From: Eledone cirrhosa
Taxonomy: Eukaryota
NCBI GenBank assembly: GCA_964016885.1
Contig: OZ024740.1
Location: forward strand, 331,638,001 to 331,702,000
Reading direction: 5' to 3'
DNA length: 64,000 bases
Shown here: positions 1 to 13,024 of the stretch, piece after piece
Numbering within the stretch: position 1 is the stretch's first letter
Layout of the letters: each line of letters starts with the position of its first letter
Notes under the pieces: model-generated
The model's input: only the letters and a program-made list of their open reading frames with translations
Told to the model about the DNA's origin: nothing
Databases searched by the model: none
Program-made: the position numbers and the translations under genes

Positions 1-155
1 ATGGAAAAAATGAAATTTCATTTCTCACTCTTAGTAGGGCTGACACTAAATTATAAGTATGTATACGTACATACATATATGTATACAGACATACGGTAGT
101 ATGTATATACATACTACTGTACGTCTGTATACATATATGTATGTACGTGTACATA
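1..155 (-). mobile_element. Terminal fragment of a PLE pseudo-LTR-like repeat with internal fold-back
   Basis: 1-110 is the reverse complement of ~53680-53790 (CATACTACTGTACGTCTGTATACATATATG...AAGAGTGGGAAATGAAATTTC); 110-155 folds back on 60-105. Confidence 0.6.
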
Positions 156-227
156 CACATATATATACATATAGATATATATACAATGATATTAAATAAA
201 TGGAAACAATATTTACGAAACCATATT

Positions 228-288
228 TATTCTATTATATATATTTCAACGGTACCAATGCATTGGTACGCTTTCATCAGATAAAATA
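228..288 (-). ncRNA. Minimal type I hammerhead ribozyme in a pLTR fragment (~186-360)
   Basis: Minus strand: TATTTTAT CTGATGA [AAGCGTACCAATGCATTGGTACCGTT] GAAA TATATA TA ATAGAATA. Stem I 8 bp, palindromic stem III, AUA cleavage triplet. Related to copies at 18820-19120 and 58650-59072. Confidence 0.8.
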
Positions 289-385
289 CAAAGTTTGTTT
301 TATAAATATTACCATAACCAGGAAAGAATAACTTAACGGTTCAAGTTTTTCCTGCTTATACATATATATATATATATATATATAT

Positions 386-650
<265 letters not shown>

Positions 651-1086
651 CGCATACATATACACGTGTGTACATGCATATAAATATATATGCGTTCACA
701 CAATAACACACACACGTACACATATATATGTATGTGAGAGGACATAAAAGAAAAAAAAACAAAAAACAAAAAAGCGTCACAAGCGTAAACATAAATACAA
801 GCAACCTAGACGCATATATATATGTGTACACACATACATATATACATATATACAAGCACATATATATTTATATACGCGCATACACAATATCTACATACAC
901 GACAGAACATACACATAATTGTATACATACATATATACATACATATACACACACATATATATATATATATATATACATATACATACACACACACACACAT
1001 GCATGCATACACACACACACACACACATCCACACACACACACACATATATATAATTAGAATTGGTGCTCTGAAATAGCGATATATA

Positions 1087-1353
1087 ACACCTTGATCACC
1101 TTGACTGTCCAGTCTGTCGGGCGCCAATCGGCGCCGCTGGTCACAGCACGTCGTGCTGTTTTAGCCATAAGATAACGCCATCCCACTGGCTGGGCGGGCA
1201 GGCCGGTACTCAATTCTACAGCTGAGTAAACTGGAGCAACGTGAAATAAAGTGTCTTTCTCAAGGAAACAACACATCACCCGGTTCGAGAATTGAACTCA
1301 CAACCTTTCGATTGCAAGCCCAATTCTTTACCCACTAAGCCATGCGCCATCAC
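1087..1353 (-). mobile_element. tRNA-derived SINE (family B) with 11-bp TSD
   Basis: Minus-strand A box TGGCTTAGTGG and B box GAGTTCAATTC; TSD AGCGATATATA at 1076-1086 and 1354-1364; second copy at 7428-7693. Confidence 0.85.
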
Positions 1354-1492
1354 AGCGATATATATATGAATGTATATACAGTGTATTTTGCAATACACTG
1401 TATGTTTAATTAAAAGCATTTTGAAGACCTTACGCTATTGTTTTAAAGTAGTGACTGTGACTTACTTCTTTTTTCAGCAAACAAAGGAAGAT

Positions 1493-1538
1493 AAGCTGAC
1501 AGATCTCTGTTTCGTACTGTTGGTATTCCTCAGAGCCT
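1493..1538 (-). ncRNA. Type I hammerhead ribozyme (C3-G8 core)
   Basis: AGGCT CTGAGGA ATAC CAACA GTAC GAAA CAG AGAT CTG TC AGCTT; GUC triplet. Confidence 0.8.
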
Positions 1539-1975
1539 ATCACTCCCTTTGTTTGCTGAAAATTATGAATGTTAGGTTCTTATAGAATTCCAGTAATAAT
1601 CAGGAACTGAATATACAGAGCCGTTGCCGATCCAGCAAAAATTGAAAATTAGAATTGGTGCTCTGAAATAGCGATGTATATATGAATGTATATATAGCGT
1701 ATTTTGCAATACACTGTATGCTTAATTAAAAGCATTTTGAAGACCTTACGCTTTAAAACAATATCGTAAGGCCTTCAAAATGCTTTTAATTAAGCATACA
1801 GTGTATTGCCAAATACACTATATATACATTCATATATACATCGCTATTTCAGAGCACCAATTCTAATTTTCAATTTTTGCTGGACCGGCAACGGCTCTGT
1901 ATAATCAGTTCCTGATTATTAGTGGAATTCTATAAGAATCCAACATTCATAATTTTCAACAGACAAGGGGAGTAC

Positions 1976-2023
1976 TAAGCTCTGATAAATACCAACAGTA
2001 TGAAACAGAGATCTGTCAGCTTA
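1976..2023 (+). ncRNA. Type I hammerhead ribozyme, C3/A8 mismatch copy (probably impaired)
   Basis: TAAGCT CTGATAA ATAC CAACA GTAT GAAA CAG AGAT CTG TC AGCTTA. Confidence 0.7.
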
Positions 2024-2974
2024 TCTCCCTTTGTTTGTTGAAAAAAGAAGTGACACAGTCACTACTTTAAAACACTAGCGTAAGGTCTTCTAAATGCTTT
2101 TAATTAAGCATAAGTACGTGTGTGTGATTGTGAGCGTATATGTGAGCGAAAGAACGCATGTATATGTCTGTATTTGTATTTTCATGTAGGTGCACATATA
2201 CTTATGTGTGAATGTATAAGTTTACCTACTATTACATATATGTGTGAGTTTGTGTAAGTTCATGTATTTGGATATTTATATATATTTTCCCCTCAATTAT
2301 GCCCGTTATTTTATTTCAGCCTCACTTTCATTTATCCTAAACTCTGTTTTCAAATCCATATCACTATTCCATAATAAAAATTTTTTTGAAGAAACCATTT
2401 TCTTCAAGAAACCATTGATAAATGAAATAATTATCTTATGTTGTTTTTACATAACTAAAAAGCTCTGTAGCCTACATAGTGCACACTATTTTCCTTTACC
2501 CTTCCTACGGAAATACTTCATTTAGACATATATATATATGTATGTATATGTGTGCGTTGTGTGTGTATGTGTGTGAGTATGTATGTCTGTGTGTGAGTGT
2601 ATGTGTACTTTTAAGAAAAACAAGTTTGTTACTTTCGAGAACAGATTACATGATACAATTAGCTGAAGAATTGCAAAATATAGAAATGACAGGTCTCCAC
2701 AAAGTGGCAACTACTAGGATTCCAGGAATTTTTAAATAAATTAAAATATTATGGAGTTAATGCTCCTAGAGAAATGTCAACAGAACTTTTAGAATTTTAT
2801 AACATTAAAGACACTTGATTATCATCTTTCTAATTAATAACGAATGCAATCTCTCAAATTACCTAAGAATTGTCAGCAGTGTCATCAAACACTGATGGCA
2901 TAACATATTAGTATGCTAACTGACATTCTGAATTAATCCAGATAAAATGAGAAGGAAAGACGTGAACGCATATG

Positions 2975-3366
2975 TTCTTATAGAATTCCAGTAAACATAC
3001 TTTCATATATATATATCGCTATTTCAGACAACCGATTCTAATTTTCAATTTTTGCTTGACCGGCAACCGCTCTGTAAAATCAGTCCCTGATTATTACTGG
3101 AATTCTATAAGAATCCAACATTCATAATTTTCAACAAATAGTGGGAGTGCTGAGCTTTGATAAGTACCAACAAGTACGAAACAGAGCTCTGTCAGCTTAT
3201 CTCCCCTTGTTTGCTGAAAATTGAAGTAAGTGACACTGTCGCTACTATAAAACAATAGCGTAAGGCCTTCAAAATGCTTTTTATTAATCATACAGTGTAT
3301 TGCAAAATACACTATATATACATTCATATATATATATCGCTATTTCAGAGCACCAATTCTAATTTT
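2975..3366 (+). mobile_element. Further insertion of the retrozyme-like repeat (~1.1 units), ending in (TA)n
   Basis: ATCGCTATTTCAGA..ACC.ATTCTAATTTT recurs at ~3015 and ~3336. A short inverted piece at 2975-2995 matches 3094-3114. Confidence 0.75.
3151..3199 (+). ncRNA. Type I hammerhead ribozyme (U3-A8 compensatory core)
   Basis: TGAGCT TTGATAA GTAC CAACAA GTAC GAAA CAGAGCTCTG TC AGCTTA. Stem III is a perfect palindrome. Stem I extends past an internal loop (GGGAG/CTCCC, CAAATA/TGTTTG, TTTTCA/TGAAAA). Confidence 0.85.
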
Positions 3367-3367
3367 A

Positions 3368-3437
<70 letters not shown>

Positions 3438-4309
3438 CATATATAATAGTTGACGACTGAGCGAAAAGTGTACCTTTTATTTCACAAATATATAAATATT
3501 GGTCACAAGCTTTTAATGGCGAAGCGGTCTTTCTAGTTTTCGCACTACGACCATACCCGAGGAAGCTTGCAAGAATTTAACGTATGTGTTTGCTTCGAAT
3601 GATTCCTTGAGCATGTTGTAAGTAACTAGATTGATATCATTGTACATCAATCTAAATCCTTTATATATTAATATATATACCATTTAAGTTAATTTGGTTT
3701 CCAATGAGTAGAACTGATGGTTCTGGCTGGCAAACCATGAGGTAATCATGATGTAACAAATCAATCAAAGCACTCAACGTTATACAAGTCATCCATTGTC
3801 GATGTGTAGGAACAAAAGACCATACTTGAAAAATTTGCTTTAAAATGTTAATTCCATGAACTCCCTATATATATTTCGATGGCCCAGCTCCATCATCCAA
3901 ATAGGATCCAAGGAAGGCAACTTCCACAGGATTACGTTGAATCCTAACATATAGTGGATGAAAGGGAAAAGGGAATAGAAAATTGAAAATTGAAGATTCC
4001 ATTTAGGGATTGCCTTTAAAATTCAGTGTTATATTGGGAGAAGGTAGATGGACTTAAATAAATATATTTTTTAGTAACATTATCGTGTATTTGAAGATTA
4101 CAAATAAATCTAATGTAGATATAACTATATTAGTGGATCTGGTGACAGAAATTTCTGAAATAATACTTGAGTATAAGGTGTTAAGTTTTTTCTGTATATT
4201 GAAGAATAGTTGAAATTGTGTATACTTCGCGCGTAATTCCTACTCCAGCAAAGATGTCTTAATATGGTACTGTTATATATATTTATATATATATATATAT
4301 ATACATATA

Positions 4310-4712
4310 TAATAAAATAAGAGGAGGCTGGACTTAAAAGGTATATTATACTATGATCATTTCAGTGACCTGGTTCAGTATGAATCCGTTGACATCATCA
4401 GGTATTCGAAATTTAACAAAGGAATATAATAAACAAAATCCATGGGGCTGAAAAGCAGAGACAGGAAGGCGGCCGAACATTTAGCAGCTTCTAGCCCGAT
4501 CACTGAAATGATCATAATATAATAAACCTTTTAAGGAATTACACCATTCCAGCCTCCTGTTATTTTATAATAATTAACTCCGTACTCGCACCACCAACAA
4601 CACAAACAAAGACGGGTGAGTTGCATTACGTCGAGTGCTCTCCCTAATATTACATCAAGGTTGACTATACGGAATGACCACTTCTATCCAGTGGTGAACC
4701 AACAAACCTAAA
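4310..4712. mobile_element. Fold-back pLTR-like fragment in (TA)n
   Basis: Imperfect inverted arms ~4310-4368 and ~4500-4570; (TA)n on both flanks; contains an HHR. Confidence 0.65.
4348..4405 (-). ncRNA. Minimal hammerhead ribozyme
   Basis: ATAC CTGATGA [TGT...ACT] GAAA TGATCA TA GTAT; palindromic stem III TGATCA, AUA triplet. Confidence 0.7.
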
Positions 4713-5835
4713 TATATATATATATATATATACATATATATGCACGCGCGTGTGTTTGTCTGTAGCTGTGTATCGTGTAGGCTGCAAATACTATCAGAAT
4801 ATATATGCACCGGCGTGTGTTTGTTTGTAGTAGTGTGTTATATAGACTGCACATACTATCAGATTCATACCTCTATAAGAGCACCAGTGGGAAAAGATTA
4901 GTTTATATCAAAAAGTTACTTGTACTAGAATTGTCATGTATTGACTGTTTCCAACTGATATGGACATTGAGGTTAGACATTCTAACAGGTTTTGATGTAT
5001 TTGCCAAATATTATTCTGTGGGCATAAATCCAAATGCATACACTAAAATGGAGCTATATAGTCCATACACCCTTTTACTGTCTAAATATGTTGTATCTAT
5101 CACTCAGGCAGAAACGAAAAGATCAAATTCTATATACATGTAATACTTCCATCACCATGTGTTAGAATAAACAAAACTGCAACTAAATTTTCAACAAATC
5201 GTTTCCACGATTGTTAAAAGAAATAAAAGTTCATCAAACTCAAATGAAATTCAATAATACGCAAATAACTCACATTTAACTGTAAAACCTGTACACCTTT
5301 CTGAATAAGATAGTTTTAAATGAATTACCTATAGCCCTATAGTAATATTGGTGATAATATTTCGTAGTGAATCTGAGAATTCATTTTCGCGTGACATCTT
5401 CCAAATGCCGCAATGAAACAGCTAAGAATTTCAAATCTCCGAGCGATAACATATCAACATATAAATATAGCTTAAACTCAATGGCACACGCAACATAACT
5501 TGTCTTCAGCCTTGTAAATCTATTTATTTCTACTACATATCTACTTTATATAAATATATATATATTTCATTCATATTTTGTTTGACCCGTTTAGCTTGCT
5601 TCGTTTTTTTAACTTGGGTGATTGATAGCTTCTTAACCGCAGTCTCAGTTTGTATGGCCTTTATAACACATGTTTATTGCTCTGGTCTCTTTTGGTCCAT
5701 GGAGCGCTTGCCAACACAAATCGGAAATTGTGTTTCGCTAATTTCTACCCACCGAAATATGATTCTCGCTGAATTTATATATATATATGTATAGTTGTAC
5801 GTACACAATTATACACACACATATGCGCATGCATG

Positions 5836-5939
<104 letters not shown>

Positions 5940-6559
5940 CGTGTGTTTGTGTGTTTGTGTGTGTGGGGGGGTGATATTATGTATTTACGTGTGGGGATAT
6001 AAACGCACCTCTTTCATAGTGAATTTCGCGGATCATCTAGCACCTGATAATATTCGCCGAACATGAAGGATATGCACCGTACAATTAATTGAATTAATTC
6101 GGCCAATGCCAATCTCCCTCAGCCTTAGTACAATAGAAGAGAATCAAGTAAGCTGAACATATATAATACAGATGTGCATATATAACAATTAATAGATGCC
6201 AGTCTCAGCGTTTAGTGTAGGAGAGGTGTCATGGTGTTTGTAGGGAACTCCTATCATCGGCCCAAGCATCTCCAGGTGAAACACTAAAGGGGGTGTAATT
6301 GTATATATCCATGCAAGATTAATGACTTTGATATGTTTTGGCCGGCTTTGAACCAAGTCATGTCTAAATTAATAGCACCTTTGTTCAATACACGTTCACC
6401 AATGCAAAGGAAATGGCAGACTCAGTATTTCGACTATTGTTTTGCCAACCACATCTCCTTCCTTATCCTAATGGAGAGTCACCTCGATAATTATTTCTGA
6501 TTTGCTTAAGACAGATTGACGATTGTCACTTAGAGTGTAATTAGAAAAGTAAAAATAAA

Positions 6560-7310
6560 AGTATCAATAAACTAAAACAGTGTCAGCATCATCAGCCCTG
6601 ATTAACACACATAGCAATATTTGAATCCAGAAAGACTTATCCTCTAAATTTGCATGAAGACATTCATCAATAATAATTAATCCTGGAAAGTTATTGTCAT
6701 TTGCAAAACAAACAGAGTCGTTGCGTAACAATTGCTGAAAACGTCATTCCCCATAATGATATTAAACACAATACGGATTTCAATGATCCTTTTATTACTA
6801 ATCTAGATAGTACCTGTAAAATACCAAACCAGAAAACCCTATCTCACATAACTGACTGTCAGCGCGCAAGGTTTTAGAGCGGCAGTATATAAAATTAAGA
6901 AAAATATAACAATAGGCTACCAGATATTGGTGTCTCTAGCATCCTGAAGGATGATGAACATGCATCACCCAACATTTTCTCATCGGGAACTCACTGTGTA
7001 ACCTTATCACGTTATATGAGAGTGGTAAAATCACAAACAATACACTTCCTTGAAATTAACTACCATCTTAATTCCATTTAGCGTTGTTTCTTCGAAGACA
7101 GGATCTGTTAACACAGATTCTGCTCCAATATGATGACATCATACAGGCTTTGCGATAGGGCACCAGAACAGATGACATGTAATTTGACTTTTCACAAGAC
7201 ATCAAGCTTAATAAACTTTCCACCATTCGAGTCAGAAGGAATCTAATATAGTGTTTCTTGGTGAACAGAACCCTGCATGTTGTGATCGATGTAAAAACTC
7301 ATCAAAAGTC
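6560..7310 (+). pseudogene. Ancient, scrambled non-LTR RT remnant (CR1/L2/Jockey-group-like)
   Basis: By-eye translation near 7107-7200 gives LTQILLQYDDIIQALR*GTRTDDM*FDFSQD (resembles the LTQLL...DVIYLDFSKAFD block); GKLLSFA near 6685 resembles the residues before F/YADD. Boundaries approximate. Confidence 0.4.
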
Positions 7311-7427
7311 ATAAATCCTGATAATTTTATCAATTTACATTAATGAAACCGGGGACGTAATTAAAATGACTAACATGGGAATTTATGTAACATAGGTACA
7401 TATATATATATATATAAATATATATAT

Positions 7428-7693
7428 CACCTTGACCTTGATCGACCAGTCTGTCGGACGCCAATTGGCGAGCTGGTCACAGCACGTTGTGCTGTTTTAG
7501 CCATAAGATAACGCCATCCCACTGGCTGGGCGGGCAGGCCGGTACTCGTTTCTACAGCTGAGTAAACTGGAGCAACGTGAAATAAAGTGTCTTGCTCAAG
7601 GAAACAACACATCACCCGGTCCGAGAATTGAACTTACAACCTTTCGTTTGCAAGCCCAATACTTGCTCTAACCACTAAGCCATGCGCCTTCAC
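7428..7693 (-). mobile_element. tRNA-derived SINE (family B)
   Basis: Highly similar to 1087-1353; A and B boxes on the minus strand; flanked by (TA)n. Confidence 0.85.
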
Positions 7694-7730
<37 letters not shown>

Positions 7731-7893
7731 ATAGAAACGAGTAGGACCCCGACGACTGAGCTCTAGACGTTTCGACGGCTAATTCAGGACGCCGTCGGGA
7801 TCCTACTCGTTCCTATTACCCACTCTACTACCCTAAGTATTGTGTACTTTGGTGCGTTATGGTCTATCTGGTTCCTTACCACATTTCCTTCGT
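7731..7893 (+). mobile_element. Fold-back solo pLTR of the 37157-38705 PLE family
   Basis: 7790-7893 matches 38603-38705; 7731-7789 is an inverted piece of the HHR region; (TA)n on both sides. Confidence 0.8.
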
Positions 7894-7931
<38 letters not shown>

Positions 7932-8369
7932 TATATATAATAATAGATAGATAGATATATAGATATAAACATATATATGTGTGTGTGTGTATTTATGTAT
8001 GTATATATGTACGTGTGTATATGTGTGTGTGTGTGCTTGTGTGTGTACCCTTTAGATTATATTAGGTTATATATGAACTACAAAACTGAATTTTTTCCAA
8101 TCAATAAGTGATGTCCATTTCTTTTTGCGAATGTCTTGTCTTGCACTGTGTTTACCGCTAAGGCAATCAGATTACACATACCATAAATAGGGACTGGATC
8201 AAATCGTTTTGTATTATGCCACACATGGCAACAGTTACAGGAAGTGCGTTAAATTCGTTCAGTCATTTACTGTTAATATTTTCATAAATGATAACTTATA
8301 TGTTTTGAATTAATTCCTACTGCTATTTTTATTTTTTAAATTAATTCATAATATATATATATGTATATG

Positions 8370-8612
<243 letters not shown>

Positions 8613-8629
8613 CTATATATCTATAATGA

Positions 8630-8775
8630 TTTCCAGCATAGTTACGTCCCTTTACGATCTGAGTTCAAATCCCGCCGAGGTTGACTTTGCCTTTAATCCT
8701 TACGGGGTCGATAAAATAAAGTACAAGTAATGCACTGGGTAATTACTGGCCTTGTGCCTAAAGTAGAAACAATTA
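8630..8775 (+). mobile_element. tRNA-derived SINE (family A), 5'-truncated
   Basis: GAGTTCAAATCCCGCCGAGGTTGACTTTGCCTTT...GGGGTCGATAAAATAAAGTAC...GTAGAAAC then (ATT)n tail; many copies in the window. Confidence 0.85.
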
Positions 8776-8837
8776 TTATTATTATTTGAAAGTGAGGTTT
8801 TTTTACAAAATGAAAAATAACCGAGGTGCCCTACACG

Positions 8838-9135
8838 AGTGAAAGTATAAAGAGAAAAAGATGAAATCGGAAATGCAACTGGAGTCTTATTTTTAAAAAA
8901 ATATATATATTTATTTGGTTCCGCAGTTCTTCAGCTTTTCAAAAGTAGAGTTGAGATGGAGGGTCTGCGGTTTTTCTCACATCTGAAAAACCACACAACC
9001 TCCATCTCAACTCTACTTTTGAAAAGCAGAAGAACTTCGAAACCGGTAAATGAACCAAATAAATATAAATATTTTTTTTAAAATAAGACTCCAGTTGCAT
9101 TTCCGATTTCATCTTTGTTTCTTTATACTTTTACT
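8838..9135. repeat. ~140-bp-arm inverted repeat containing a degenerate U3-A8 HHR (9014-9053, +)
   Basis: Arms 8838-8976 and 8985-9135. Plus arm reads TTGAAAA GCAGAAGAACTTC GAAA CCGG TA; combining both arms restores stem II GCAG/CTGC; stem I weak. Confidence 0.65.
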
Positions 9136-9209
9136 TATATGTTTTGAATTAATTCCTACTGCTATTTTTTAAATTAATTCATAATATACATATATGTATA
9201 TAATTATAC

Positions 9210-9304
<95 letters not shown>

Positions 9305-9445
9305 CAAGATGTATGGTAGGTCGTATGTGAATCGCGATGATCACGTCTGACCTACCAAATATGCAACGGTAGCTAGTTAAGCTCTATGCGTATAAGCAGA
9401 GCAGATACGTTGATGTAAATAATGAACTTACAATCACTTGTTATA

Positions 9446-9492
9446 TGCCTTGAAAAGTCCCTCCATATGGTCGGACGAAACGGCTGTCGGCA
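9446..9492 (+). ncRNA. Minimal hammerhead ribozyme (U3-A8 core) in a ~240-bp insert (9302-9540) between (TA)n tracts
   Basis: TGCC TTGAAAA GTCC [CTCCATATGGTC] GGAC GAAA CGGCTG TC GGCA; all three stems pair; GUC triplet. Confidence 0.85.
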
Positions 9493-11727
9493 ATAAACTT
9501 GTTATAATGTCATAATAGTTCCTTTGTTCTTTTTCATTAATATATATATATATATATGCATATATATGTGTGTGTGTGTATATATATATATATGCATATG
9601 TGTGTTTCTGAGTGAGTGTATCTGAGTGCGTGTGTGCATGTTGTCATATGATTTCTTATAGACCAACTTTCAAACGTTTTTTTTTTTCATTTTAATACTA
9701 TTGCAATGTTCTGTGATCAAACGTTTATTGTTATAGAGATCGTAATCTATGTATATATTTCATTCAATGCACTTTCCTACATCATTGATAAACACGTTTT
9801 TGTCTATTCCTCCTCTCCACTAACATAACGAAAACTAAATCATTGACTGTTTGATACATTCAACATTATGAAATTAAATTACATTTGAATCCGTTTAAAA
9901 TACACGGTTTCTTTGAAATATAATTTCCTTCTATAATCACTATAAATACATACGAGTGTATGTGTGTGGAGGTGCATTAAGCAGCTGAAATATATGTTTA
10001 ATTAAAATACTGTACAGATGTAACCGAGATTGCGTATATGTTTAAATAAATATACACATTGATTGTATAGGCACGTAAACATGTACATATTACGCATTTC
10101 CCTTAAAACTCTTTAATGCATATGTAAATGATGGGAAAATGTGTGCCTCAATATAGTCATCGAAGAGTTTGGAACAGAAAGAGGTCATTCCTTTTCTCAT
10201 AGCCATCCGCCTAACTTGGTGGTAAACTGCGGAAGACAAGCAGCAGTTGAGGTTATTACACGCACACAATCCCACTTATATATACATATATATCTGTGTG
10301 TATGTGTGTTTGTGTTGTCTGTGTGAGTGTGTGTGTATGTGTTTATATATGTGTGTGTGTGTGTGTGTGTTGTCTGTGTGAGTGTGTGAGTATGTGTTTA
10401 TATATATGTGTGTGTGTGTGTGTTCTACTGGTCAAACTGATATTACTCTATACCAGGCAGATGAAGAAGGGTTGTGTTTGCATGTTCTTTGTGATGTCAA
10501 TGAGTGATGTATTTCTTTATATTTTTGACCTTTTTACTAATTTTGCTAGACATATGATGATAGCACGCGTAGAAAGTCTATTGCATTAGCATTGTTTATC
10601 TCTATGACATCTTCGCGACCATTTGTTTTTTTTTCTATACACTGTCAATGTTTTCATATTCCTTTATCACTTGTACGTGTATCTCTCACGTCTCAATCTC
10701 ACCCACTTTCTCTTTTCCTCGCAACTGTTGTCTCTTTGTAACCTTTTCGTCATCTTGCACCTGTCCTTCTTTCTCGCACTCTTTCTCTTTAAATTTCACC
10801 CTACCTGTCAGTTTTATTTATTTTCTTTTTACCATCAATATTTGACCCTAGTGAACACCGTGTGGTTGTATATCTCTCACCATCATCTTTCTGTTCGAAA
10901 CATTACACAGAACAACACACCTTCTTGCCTTCTCCCAAGCAGTTCTTGCATGGCTAATCATATTTCGTTCCACTTTCTTATGTTGTAAAATCTTCTGTAC
11001 GTACGCACATATTATGAAACTTTGGGGTGCTTCAGTTTGGGCCTGGTGTATATGTATATGTTTCACGGGCACACTTCAATAGCAACAACAACAGTAGCAT
11101 CTGTTGTAATCAACAAACGCTCACATACGTTATAATTAATTCACGCTTAAATTCTATATTACCAAAAACTGTCATTAGTGCCAGCTTGTCTATCGGAGCT
11201 AAAATAAATTTGATCATTAAAAGATGTAATTGTAAGATGATAGCCAAAGCAAAGCCATACCGGAGGATCTTCACTGAACAAATTATAATTGTTTCTACTT
11301 TTGGCACAAGGCCAGCAATTATGGTACTTTATTTTATCGACCCCGATGCGATTTAATTTCTTTTGTTACCGTATTTCATTTCGTCATCAGCACACATTTA
11401 GGTACGTATATTAGAGTTATTCTAGCTTACAAGCATTGACAAACTTCATTCATAAGATGTTTTAGACACTGCACTGTTTGTTTATATCATTTGCAAATCC
11501 GTTGTATTTCCAATTCTAGTCACTTGAATGCATTTTTAGGCGATCCATTTATCAATAACAAACACTTATTGCACACCGTGTGAAGGTCGTACCCTACGGA
11601 TGAATCACTAGCATGTCGCTTTGACCCACATGGATAAGGTTTCCCCACATTCAGGTCTATACAATGATTCACCTATGTCATCAGATCTCATATGCTTCTA
11701 AAGCACTTCTTTTCAACGCAATAATAG

Positions 11728-11810
<83 letters not shown>

Positions 11811-11812
11811 CT

Positions 11813-11844
<32 letters not shown>

Positions 11845-12283
11845 CTATCTCTAATTAGGTATCGTTTTGCAAAGAACCATCCGGGCTTCCATCACCTCTA
11901 CAATAAAACCTATTGCAATCATAATTAACTTACCTAAAAAGAAAACAATTTAAAATGCTGTTAATGTCAGTAACAACAAAGCTGTCGACAGTATAATTTT
12001 GTTTATCTTCAGTGACAAGAACTGTTTTCATCATACTAATCTACATTGCCACCGACCTTTACAAAAGAAGATATCCCCTAGTATCGCAATAGTAGATGTT
12101 ATCGTTGTTATTGACAACAACACAGCTACTACAAGTATTTGTGTATGTTTGCAAGGAGAGAAAAGGAAAGAAAGAGATATTATGCACGTAAATTTATATA
12201 AGTGTGTTTACCTATATATATGAACACAAACAAATACACACTCGCACAAACGAACACACACATGTCTATCTCTCTCTCTCTCT

Positions 12284-12376
<93 letters not shown>

Positions 12377-12377
12377 A

Positions 12378-12432
<55 letters not shown>

Positions 12433-12436
<4 letters not shown>

Positions 12437-12630
12437 TATAGAAGAGCTTCTACAGGACTAGAACTCTTTCAGTCGTGAGAAATCATCAGGAAGTCCCTGG
12501 TGATTTATCACGAATGAAACAGTTCTAGTCCTGTAGAAGCTCTTCTATATTAAAACATGTATACTCTGCTGTGTATTGAGTACCTTACTTACTGTGGTTA
12601 CCTCCGATTCAACCCGGAATAACTTATCTT
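12433..12630. mobile_element. Fold-back pLTR with an HHR motif on each arm (12447-12493 minus; 12497-12540 plus, mutated)
   Basis: Arms 12433-12490 and 12496-12552. Same family as 38945-39100 and 63460-63515. Minus arm: CTTC CTGATGA...GAAA...CTG TA GAAG. Confidence 0.75.
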
Positions 12631-13024
12631 ATATATATATCCATCAAACGATTTTTCTCTTTACAAGAGAAGAAAATTGAATGTATAGATAAGAGTCAGA
12701 AAGGTCGCGGAAATGTCATGGAGATAAAGAATATTAATGTAATCGAACTTCTACGTGTATTATCATCAAAATTCTAAGAAAATTAACCCAAAGAATCCGA
12801 AACATATATAGCTCATTGGCATCACAATGACCGCGCAAACACACCCGTTCTTTTAACTGCAGCTTAATATGCTGGATATAGCACAGTTTACTATATACCA
12901 CAGTTACTACATCACGAGCACCAATAGCATGCAAATTAGTACGTCCATTTCAGGATAACACTATAAGTGATGGGTATAGAATATCCGCTCTTCACCATAT
13001 ATATATATATATATATATATTCGG

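Larger units (their letters stand above)
1054..2112. mobile_element. Retrozyme-like non-coding repeat (~316-nt unit): ~1.3 units on minus (1054-1750, SINE-interrupted) joined to ~1.15 units on plus (1751-2112)
   Basis: AGAATTGGTGCTCTGAAATAGCGA recurs at 1057 and 1651 (316 nt apart after removing SINE plus TSD); TTTAAAACA...CGTAAGG recurs at 1751 and 2066 (315 nt). One HHR per unit, no ORF. Confidence 0.75.

Noticed and set aside
9312-9356. TGGTAGGTC...GACCTACCA hairpin as SECIS or pre-miRNA
   Set aside because: Too short and lacks SECIS geometry; most simply part of the HHR-bearing insert.
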